Part shown: in pieces, positions 26,658-32,793 of the stretch
Layout: every line of letters starts with the position of its first letter
Position numbering within the stretch: position 1 is the first letter of the stretch
DNA from: a bacterium
GTDB taxonomy: Bacteria; BMS3Abin14
NCBI GenBank assembly: GCA_020349685.1
Contig: CP070698.1
Coordinates: forward strand, 1,632,537 to 1,665,329
Length of the DNA: 32,793 nt
Direction: 5' to 3'
The notes under the pieces: generated by a model
Told to the model about the DNA's origin: nothing
The model's input: the letters and a program-made list of their open reading frames with translations, nothing else
Database searches by the model: none
Made by a program: the position numbers and the translations under genes

Positions 26658-27227
26658 TTAGCTCCTATTGAAGTTGAAGTAGAAGGAACCCTGCTCGATG
26701 ATGTCTTTCACCTTCACGATGATCTTGTCGCCCTGCGCGGTGCGGGAGAGGGGCGCCGGGTTGCATCCACCCTTGACCTCGTTGATCTTGACCGAGGCGA
26801 ACCTGAGACCGCAGTTGTTGCAAACCATGAAGTCGCCCTCCTGGCGGTATCCCTTGCCGGCCGACCAGCAGGTGTCGCAGGAGTCGAAGGCGGCCCGGAT
26901 GACCCCGTCGGAGCTCTTGAGGAGGAAGTAGCGGATGTTAAGGCCCTGAGGCGACCGGTAGGAATAGTATTTGGCCTTGCCGTCGGCGAAGTCGCTGGCG
27001 TTGTAAACGAACTCGGTCACGTTGCCCTGGGGAGCCGCTGCGGTGGCGGCCACGGGGCCGGCTTCCTTCTCGCCGCCCAGGAAGTACAGGGCGCCGCCCG
27101 CCAGGACGAAAGCGACCAGGAGGGTGAAGATCAGGGGGGTCTTGCTCTTCTTGCCGGTCCCGAGGACAGCGGCTTTTTTGGCTTCACTGGATTCCGGGCT
27201 GGCGATTGTTTTCTTTTTCTTGGACAT
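26658..27227 (-). CDS. Membrane-anchored Cys-motif protein, DUF2318-like
   Basis: One TM, then FDSCDTCW...VCNNCG...GGCNPAPL, matching my recollection of the DUF2318 Cys pattern found next to FtsX-type ABC genes in iron-uptake loci. AAGGAGA RBS. Confidence 0.65.
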   Translation of the reverse strand: MSKKKKTIASPESSEAKKAAVLGTGKKSKTPLIFTLLVAFVLAGGALYFLGGEKEAGPVAATAAAPQGNVTEFVYNASDFADGKAKYYSYRSPQGLNIRYFLLKSSDGVIRAAFDSCDTCWSAGKGYRQEGDFMVCNNCGLRFASVKINEVKGGCNPAPLSRTAQGDKIIVKVKDIIEQGSFYFNFNRS

Positions 27228-27249
27228 GGTTGATCTCCTTGTATGATTG

Positions 27250-27284
27250 GATCTTAAGATCTCAAATCTCAGATCTCAAAGTTC
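27250..27284. repeat. 5x7-nt array GATCTTA AGATCTC AAATCTC AGATCTC AAAGTTC
   Basis: Read directly. In the 5' leader region (minus sense) of the DUF2318/ABC operon, about 10 nt beyond its SD. Confidence 0.85.
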
Positions 27285-27407
27285 TCGTGTTTGGTGGTGC
27301 TTCTATATTGAACAGCTGGGTGTTGCTCAGGTGGCGATTAGTCGGGGCTGTGGACGAAGTCAAGACGTACTTCGCCCTGCGCTCTCCGCACTACGCCGAG
27401 AGTTTTT

Positions 27408-27797
27408 TCAACAGAGATGGGATGCGTTGGAAAGGTAGACCGGTGCGCTCAGGGGGGGACCGGTTGATAGAGCGGTAACGGTGTGTCGGGGTATCGGGGT
27501 ATCGGCGTTGTTACCAACTTCGTGAACCAGAGCTGTAAAAACATTGTTCTGGTGAGCAGACCCCGTGAAACAGCATATGGCGGTATCGAAGAGCTCCTCG
27601 TACTGCCCTGTCTCGAAACCGCAGGTGACGTTGCTCATCTGGCAGCAGGACGGAGCTTCCAAGGAGGTCGTTCCCACCCAGTCGCCGGGCTTGCAGCAGG
27701 CCATACCGCAATCCAACAAGGAAGCAAGAGCCATGGCCCCTGTCAGGTTCATGGCCAGAACGACCATCATAGCTATATGCAGCGACTTTCTAATCAT
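27408..27797 (-). CDS. Small secreted cysteine-rich protein, no family recognised
   Basis: Signal peptide, then CGMACC..(17 aa)..SCC..(6 aa)..C..(17 aa)..CC and a C-terminal Cys. Preceded by a near-consensus sigma70 promoter. Confidence 0.6.
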   Translation of the reverse strand: MIRKSLHIAMMVVLAMNLTGAMALASLLDCGMACCKPGDWVGTTSLEAPSCCQMSNVTCGFETGQYEELFDTAICCFTGSAHQNNVFTALVHEVGNNADTPIPRHTVTALSTGPPLSAPVYLSNASHLC

Positions 27798-27828
27798 GTC
27801 AGTTTTTATATTTTACCTCTCATGCCAA

Positions 27829-27857
27829 AATATAATCACTTCAAATTAGGTTGTCAA
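27829..27857 (-). promoter_or_regulatory. Putative sigma70 promoter for the Cys-rich gene
   Basis: In minus sense: TTGACA (27857-27852), 17-nt spacer, TATATT (27834-27829). The -10 lies ~32 nt upstream of the ATG at 27797. Confidence 0.5.
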
Positions 27858-27986
27858 TTGAATTTGTCAGGTATACTTGATCTTTATTACGACCGGCTCG
27901 TCTGGGAGTTACGATGGATTATTATCCGTAACAAATACATGAAAGTGTTGGGGGGCCGCCTGCACTGAAATTGTCGAATGATAAAA

Positions 27987-28048
27987 GGTGAACGGTAAAC
28001 GGTGAACCGAAAAGACCTCTCCAGACACTAGAACCAGACACCAGATAC
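27987..28048. repeat. GGTGAAC GGTAAAC GGTGAAC (27987-28007), then CCAGACA CTAGAAC CAGACAC CAGATAC (28021-28048)
   Basis: Read directly. 28021-28038 is an 18-nt exact reverse complement of 6000-6017. Confidence 0.88.
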
Positions 28049-28098
28049 TGACCCTGCTTCCCCTTAATCACTCTCCTTCTTCAGGGGGAAGCTGGGTC

Positions 28099-28126
28099 TT
28101 GACATCCCTCCCTCGCGGGTTAAATT
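28099..28126 (+). promoter_or_regulatory. Putative promoter for hsp20
   Basis: TTGACA (28099-28104), 16-nt spacer, TAAATT (28121-28126). It would give an ~80-nt AU-rich leader. Confidence 0.4.
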
Positions 28127-28206
28127 TCCCTGTGTTACGATGGTAAATAAAAACCTTTTTAAAAATAATCAGTTACAGTATCAATTGTAAAGAAGGAGGA
28201 AACACG

Positions 28207-28650
28207 ATGACAGCTAACATCAGATCACCTTTCAGAGAGTTGATGGCCCTTCAGGACCGGATGAACCGGATCTTCGACAGCAGCGTTCACGGCGAGGGAA
28301 CCGGCGAGGAGATGGAGTCCGCGGCCTGGACACCGGCTGTGGACATATACGAGACCAAGGACGCCATCATGGTCAACGTCGAGGCTCCCGGCATGAGCAG
28401 GGACCAGTTCTCCGTCGAGGTTAAGGACGACGTGCTGAACCTCAAGGGGGAGCGTCCCTTTGAAAAGGACGTGTCCAGGGAGCATTATCACCGGATCGAA
28501 AGGGCTTACGGTAAGTTCCGCAGGTCCTTCATCCTGGGTGTGCCCATCAACAACGAGGGGATCACGGCAGCCTACAGGGACGGTGTCCTGGAGATCGTCC
28601 TGCCCAAGGTGGAAGAGGCGAAAGCCAGGAAAATAGAGATTACGGAATAA
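28207..28650 (+). CDS. Hsp20/alpha-crystallin family small heat-shock protein
   Basis: 147 aa. WTPAVDIYETKD...VEAPGM...ERAYGKFRRSF.L...I.A.Y.DGVLEIVLPK. Strong AAGGAGG RBS. Confidence 0.95.
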   Translation: MTANIRSPFRELMALQDRMNRIFDSSVHGEGTGEEMESAAWTPAVDIYETKDAIMVNVEAPGMSRDQFSVEVKDDVLNLKGERPFEKDVSREHYHRIERAYGKFRRSFILGVPINNEGITAAYRDGVLEIVLPKVEEAKARKIEITE

Positions 28651-28772
28651 AGAATCGGGAATGAGGAATAGGGAAGAGGGAAGGTAGAATTTGACATTTA
28701 TGCACAAGTCAGCAGGTGCGGCAGTGATCTGTCTCACGGGATTTCATTCCCTGTTCCCTATTCCCTGTTTTA
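28645..28772. repeat. Inverted heptamer arrays: 7 units GAATAAA GAATCGG GAATGAG GAATAGG GAAGAGG GAAGGTA GAATTTG (28645-28693) and CATTCCC TGTTCCC TATTCCC TGTTTTA (28745-28772)
   Basis: Read directly. The hsp20 stop TAA (28648-28650) lies in unit 1. The right arm ends 15 nt before the dnaJ ATG. The left arm carries five GGA motifs. Confidence 0.9.
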
Positions 28773-28787
28773 CCTCCAGGGTTGCCC

Positions 28788-29888
28788 ATGCCTGACAAAC
28801 GCGACTACTACGACATCCTCGGCGTCTCCAGAGGCGCCTCGGCTGAAGAGATCAAAAAGGCGTACCGGAAGCTTGCCCGCAAACATCATCCGGATGTCAA
28901 CCCCGGGGATGCGGAGGCGGAGAACCGCTTCAAGGAGATCAGTGAGGCCTACGCGGTTCTTTCGGACAAGAAGAAAAGGGCTGAATACGATCAGTTCGGT
29001 CACGCCGGGCCACAGGGAGCGGGTTTTGATTTTTCCGATTTCGACTTCGGGGGTTTCAGGACCGGTGGTTTCGATATCGGCGGTTTTACCTACGAGGATC
29101 TTTTCGGCGATCTGTTCGGCGGTGGTGCCAGGCGGCGGGGCCCGTCACGCGGAGAGGACCTGAGCTACCGCCTCCAGATCTCCTTCAAGGATGCCTATAA
29201 GGGGGCCGAGATCCCCATCATGTTCAATCACACGGGAGTCTGCGGTCGCTGTGGAGGAAACGGTGCCGAACCTGGAACCGGCACAGCCAACTGTCCCCGA
29301 TGCCAAGGCACCGGCCAGGAAAAGGTGGCCCAGGGCGCCTTCCATTTCGCCCATGCCTGTCCCCAGTGCAATGGAACGGGTAAGATCGTCAGCAATCCCT
29401 GCTCCGAGTGCCGGGGCCAGGGCGGTGTTCAGAAACAGGAACGTTTGACGGTCAAGATCCCTGCCGGTGTCGATACGGGATCGAAGGTCCGTGTCGGTGG
29501 CAAGGGCAACGCCGGGGCAAGGGGCGGCCCGCCGGGAGATCTCTACATCCTCGTGGAGGTGTCACCGGACAGCCTGTTCCGAAGGGACGGTGCCGATATA
29601 TCCTTCGATCTGCCCCTCACATTTGCCGAAGCCGCCATGGGTGCCAGGGTCCGGATACCCCTGCCCGGGGGGGCGTCCACGACCCTCACAATTCCACCCG
29701 GAACACAGGGCGGACAGAAACTCAGGCTCAAGGACAAGGGGTTCCCCGGGCTCCGGGGCAGAGGACGGGGGCACCTTTACGCGGTGGTCAAGATCAGGGT
29801 GCCCAAAGCCCCCAAAGGCAAGGCCGGAGAACTTATCAGGGAGCTCGAGGAAGCCCTGGATATGGACCCAAGGAAAGGATTGTGGTAA
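28788..29888 (+). CDS. dnaJ: Molecular chaperone DnaJ (type I, with zinc-finger domain)
   Basis: J domain DYYDILGV...HPD, G/F-rich linker, four CxxCxGxG motifs. The ORF track opens at TTG 28782; ATG 28788 gives the canonical MPDKRDYY N-terminus. Confidence 0.95.
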   Translation: MPDKRDYYDILGVSRGASAEEIKKAYRKLARKHHPDVNPGDAEAENRFKEISEAYAVLSDKKKRAEYDQFGHAGPQGAGFDFSDFDFGGFRTGGFDIGGFTYEDLFGDLFGGGARRRGPSRGEDLSYRLQISFKDAYKGAEIPIMFNHTGVCGRCGGNGAEPGTGTANCPRCQGTGQEKVAQGAFHFAHACPQCNGTGKIVSNPCSECRGQGGVQKQERLTVKIPAGVDTGSKVRVGGKGNAGARGGPPGDLYILVEVSPDSLFRRDGADISFDLPLTFAEAAMGARVRIPLPGGASTTLTIPPGTQGGQKLRLKDKGFPGLRGRGRGHLYAVVKIRVPKAPKGKAGELIRELEEALDMDPRKGLW

Positions 29889-29891
29889 AGT

Positions 29892-30296
29892 ATGCGTGGC
29901 GATGAAAAGGTGACAAGTATCGCCGGGATCTGCCGCAGACTGGGCATTCAGCCCGTCGAACTTGAGGCCATGGAGGAGGAGGGCCTCATCACCCTGGCGG
30001 CCGTAAGAGACGGGAAAGCGCTGCCTTCCGAACAGCTGGACCGGTTGGAGATGATCCTACGGCTTCAGCGCGATCTTAGCATAAATCTGGCAGGGATCGA
30101 TGTCATACTAGAGATGCGCGCCAAGATGATCCAGATGCGTGAGGAGGTCGATGACATCCTCGAATTCATAAGGCGCCGTATCTCCAGTGATCTCAGGGAG
30201 ATGCTGGGCGAGGAGGATTTCCCCATGGCGCTGGGTCCGGGGGATGAATTCCTTTCCATCGGGAAAGGAAAGGCAGGCAAGCGCCGAATTGATTAA
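29892..30296 (+). CDS. MerR_2/CbpM-like chaperone-modulatory protein
   Basis: 134 aa, 3 nt after dnaJ. ICRRLGIQPVELEAMEEEGLI and LQRDLSINLAGIDVILEMRAKMIQMREEV resemble E. coli CbpM ([29 protein letters not shown]). Confidence 0.65.
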   Translation: MRGDEKVTSIAGICRRLGIQPVELEAMEEEGLITLAAVRDGKALPSEQLDRLEMILRLQRDLSINLAGIDVILEMRAKMIQMREEVDDILEFIRRRISSDLREMLGEEDFPMALGPGDEFLSIGKGKAGKRRID

Positions 30297-30408
30297 TCGG
30301 TTCTCCCGGCTTCCCTGCCGAGGGTGTGAGTGGAAATGGGGGCGAAAGGGAGAAAGAGCTTAACGTCCAAATAAGAGGGATAAAAAAGACGGCTGACAGC
30401 GGATTGTT

Positions 30409-30443
30409 TTTGAATCCTGAATTTTGAATGATGAATAGTGAGG
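30409..30443. repeat. 5x7-nt array TTTGAAT CCTGAAT TTTGAAT GATGAAT AGTGAGG
   Basis: Read directly. The last unit contains the htpX SD (GAGG). Same TGAAT core as the purL-purQ spacer array. Confidence 0.85.
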
Positions 30444-30453
30444 TAACCTGATT

Positions 30454-31296
30454 ATGAGTAACGTTTTAAAGACAACCTTCCTTCTCGGAGCCCTGACGGG
30501 GCTGCTTCTCCTTTTCGGACAGGTCTTCGGGGGACGCACCGGGATGATCATCGCCTTCGGTTTCGCCGTGGTCATTAACTTCGGCAGCTACTGGTTCAGC
30601 GACAGGATCGTTCTGGCCCTCTACCGCGCCAAGCCTGTGACCGAATCGGACGACCCGGAGCTCATCTCCATCGTCCGGAACCTGGCCACAAGAGCGGGTC
30701 TGCCCATGCCGAGGGTTTTCCGGATACCCCAGCCGACCCCCAACGCTTTTGCGACCGGAAGGAACCCCCAGAACGCCGTTGTGGCGGTGACCGATGGCAT
30801 CCGGAGCCTCCTCACACCGGATGAGCTTGCGGGAGTGATCGGGCACGAACTGGCCCACATCGGCCATCGGGATATCCTCATCTCCTCCATCGCGGCCACG
30901 CTGGCAGGTGCCATCATGATGCTGGCCAACATGGCCCGGTGGGCCCTGATTTTCGGAGGCGGCAGAGACGAGGACAGCAACCCCGTCGGTGCTCTTCTGA
31001 TGGCCATACTGGCTCCCATTGCTGCCATCATCATCCAGATGGCGGTATCGCGTTCCAGGGAGTATCAGGCCGATCAGACCGGTGCCAGGATCGCCGGGAA
31101 CCCCGAAAGCCTGGCGTCAGCCCTGGAGAAACTGACGATGGCATCGAAAAGGGTCCCTATGGCATCGAACCCTGCCACAAGCCACATGTTCATCGTGAAA
31201 CCGTTCTCCGGCAGGAGCGTGATCGCACTCTTTTCCACCCACCCGCCCGTGGAGAAGCGTGTTCAGCGCCTGCGGGAGATGAAACGGGGAAGGTAG
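30454..31296 (+). CDS. htpX: Zinc metalloprotease HtpX (M48)
   Basis: 280 aa. 2+2 TM topology, HELAHIGHRD (HExxH), downstream EYQAD. Confidence 0.93.
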   Translation: MSNVLKTTFLLGALTGLLLLFGQVFGGRTGMIIAFGFAVVINFGSYWFSDRIVLALYRAKPVTESDDPELISIVRNLATRAGLPMPRVFRIPQPTPNAFATGRNPQNAVVAVTDGIRSLLTPDELAGVIGHELAHIGHRDILISSIAATLAGAIMMLANMARWALIFGGGRDEDSNPVGALLMAILAPIAAIIIQMAVSRSREYQADQTGARIAGNPESLASALEKLTMASKRVPMASNPATSHMFIVKPFSGRSVIALFSTHPPVEKRVQRLREMKRGR

Positions 31297-31316
31297 CCAA
31301 GGTGTCGAGGTAACAA

Positions 31317-31501
31317 CGTACCTAAGTATCTATGCAACCAGGTATCTAGGAATTATTTGCGTCGTTGACACTTCGATACCCAGACACTTGGACACTTGGA
31401 TACCTAGATACCTAGACACGTAGACACTTAGACACTAGATATGTAGATACCTAGACACGTAGACACTTAGACACGCAGACACTTACATACATAGATACAT
31501 G
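31317..31501. repeat. Left 8-mers GTACCTAA GTATCTAT GCAACCAG GTATCTAG (31318-31349), then 17 contiguous units of the GAYACNTA family (31367-31501)
   Basis: Units: GACACTTC GATACCCA GACACTTG GACACTTG GATACCTA GATACCTA GACACGTA GACACTTA GACACTA GATATGTA GATACCTA GACACGTA GACACTTA GACACGCA GACACTTA CATACATA GATACATG. A 29-nt block is exactly duplicated (31407-31435 = 31446-31474). Confidence 0.93.
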
Positions 31502-31535
31502 TTAAAACATCAGGGGAGAGCAGGAGGATCGCACA

Positions 31536-32793
31536 ATGAAGAAAGCGTTTCGAGGTCTAACCTTTGGGCTCGTCGCGGTCAGTTTTCTTTTGATCGGGCT
31601 GATCGTGGCTTCCAATTTCTCCCTGACGCCAGACACCCAGGCGAGGACAGAGGCCCTCTGGACCGAGGGCACGGAAAAGGCACCCTCCGGTCAGCCGGGC
31701 TCCTTCGCGGACCTGGCAGAGAAATTCTCACCGGCAGTCGTCAATATCAGTACTGCCACGGTTGTCAAGGAGGGCGAAGTTCAGCATCCGTTCGGAGGTG
31801 AGGACAGCCCCTTCAAAGACTTTTTCGGTGATGAATTTTTCAAGCGCTTTTTCGGTGACAGGCCCCAGCGGCCCTTCAAGAAGAACAGCCTCGGTTCCGG
31901 TTTTATCATCAACAGCGATGGGTACATCATCACCAACAACCACGTCGTCGACGGGGCTGACGAGGTCGTCGTGATCCTTGAAGAGGGGGATGAATATCCA
32001 GCCAAGATCCTGTGAAAGGATGAGAAGACGGACCTGGCCCTTATCAAGATCGAACCGAAAAACGGTCTGCCCACATGCAGGCTGGGTAATTCTGATAAAG
32101 CCCGTGTCGGAGACTGGGTCCTCGCCATAGGAAACCCCTTCGGTCTCGGGCACACCGTGACGGCAGGCATCATCAGCGCCAAGGGGCGCGAGCTGGGCGC
32201 CGGCGCTTATGACGATTTTATCCAGACGGACGCTGCCATCAATCCGGGCAACAGCGGTGGCCCTCTTTTTGATACCGCCGGCAATGTCGTGGGTATCAAC
32301 AGTGCCATCTACACACGCAGCGGCGGCAACCAGGGGATCGGTTTTGCGATCCCCATCAACCTGGCCAAGGCCATCGTGTCCCAGCTCGAAGAGAAGGGAT
32401 CGGTGACCAGGGCTTGGCTGGGGGTTCTCATCCAGCAGATCACCCCTGAGATCCAGGAATCTCTGGAGCTCAAGACCCGGGAGGGGGCCCTGGTGGCCGA
32501 TGTGGTCCCGGATGGGCCGGCGGCCAAGGCCGGGATCCAGAGGGGAGATGTGATCGTACGCTTCAATGGCCAGGAGGTTGAAAGCCAGCATGAGCTGCCC
32601 ACCATGGTGGCCTACCTGCCGGTTGGCAGCGAAGTGAAGGTCGTTGTCCTCAGGGACGGCAAGGAGAAGACCATCCAGGTCACCCTTGAGGAGATGACCG
32701 ATGAAGCCGTCGCTTCAGGTCCGGCTGCCGAAGACAAGAAGGTGAAGGAAGAGATCGGGTTCACGGCACAGGACCTGACGCCCGAGATCGTTG
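31536..32793 (+). pseudogene. Do/HtrA (DegP/DegQ)-family serine protease interrupted by an in-frame TGA at 32013-32015; 3' end beyond the window
   Basis: AGGAGG RBS and signal anchor. His region ITNNHVV lies before the TGA. Asp (TDLALIKI), Ser (GNSGGPL) and a PDZ domain continue in the same frame after it. The TGA sits where the family has a conserved Gly (..[16 protein letters not shown] vs ..VGxDxxxDlAl). Pseudogene, sequencing error or readthrough cannot be told apart from sequence alone. Confidence 0.8.

Noticed and set aside
23130-27233. Plus-strand ORFs 23130-24131, 24634-25566 and 26448-27233
   Set aside because: They are antisense shadows of the DEAD-box helicase, the ABC ATPase (and tRNAs) and the permease/DUF2318 genes. 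24634-25566 would run straight through two tRNA genes.
27798-31535. CIRCE (TTAGCACTC-N9-GAGTGCTAA), HAIR (CTTGAGT-N7-ACTCAAG) or sigma32 promoters in the heat-shock island
   Set aside because: Visual scanning of all spacers in the island on both strands found no match close to these consensus sequences.
32013-32015. TGA reassigned to Gly (genetic code 25) or encoding selenocysteine
   Set aside because: TGA terminates many well-defined genes in this window at their expected ends, so there is no global reassignment. Downstream of this TGA I find only a weak, irregular hairpin (32019-32045) with no SECIS-like apical loop, and Sec is not known at this position in HtrA proteases.
31728-32591. Minus-strand ORF of 287 aa opposite the HtrA gene
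   Set aside because: The plus frame carries the HtrA His/Asp/Ser boxes and the PDZ domain. The antisense ORF has no recognisable features.
1-32793. Mobile element, prophage or defence island
   Set aside because: There is no transposase, integrase, recombinase, phage structural, restriction-modification, toxin-antitoxin or cas-like ORF in any frame. The tRNA pair has no flanking direct repeat or integrase.

Overview
High-GC (roughly 60%) bacterial chromosomal window, densely coding and mostly housekeeping. In order: DUF503-rbfA-truB-rpsO-pnp-M16 peptidase-dut (synteny typical of Geobacter-like Deltaproteobacteria/Desulfuromonadota; this is inference only), an MBL-fold hydrolase, and a purB-purL-purQ-purF run. 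Next comes a block of uncharacterised envelope genes translationally coupled to purF: a 146-aa orphan, a 554-aa multidomain membrane protein, a small tail-anchored protein, a secreted protein, two paralogous CarboxypepD_reg-like lipoproteins, and a degenerate GGDEF protein with an intact I-site. After that: an orphan octaheme (8 CxxCH) cytochrome, a lipoprotein, a DEAD-box helicase, tRNA-Gln(CUG) and tRNA-Glu(CUC), and a Cys-rich secreted protein with a DUF2318-like protein and a MacB-type ABC transporter. The window ends with a proteostasis island: hsp20, dnaJ, a cbpM-like gene, htpX, and an HtrA/Do protease interrupted by an in-frame TGA. I see no transposase, integrase, CRISPR array or recognisable defence genes. 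The most unusual signal is non-genic. Almost every intergenic gap holds arrays of 3-17 contiguous degenerate 7- or 8-nt units. They often occur as an inverted pair: one arm sits at the upstream stop codon and the complementary arm sits just before, or overlapping, the downstream RBS. Several unit families recur at distant loci with 17-29 nt exact matches. All calls come from reading the sequence and the ORF translations; no database search was possible.
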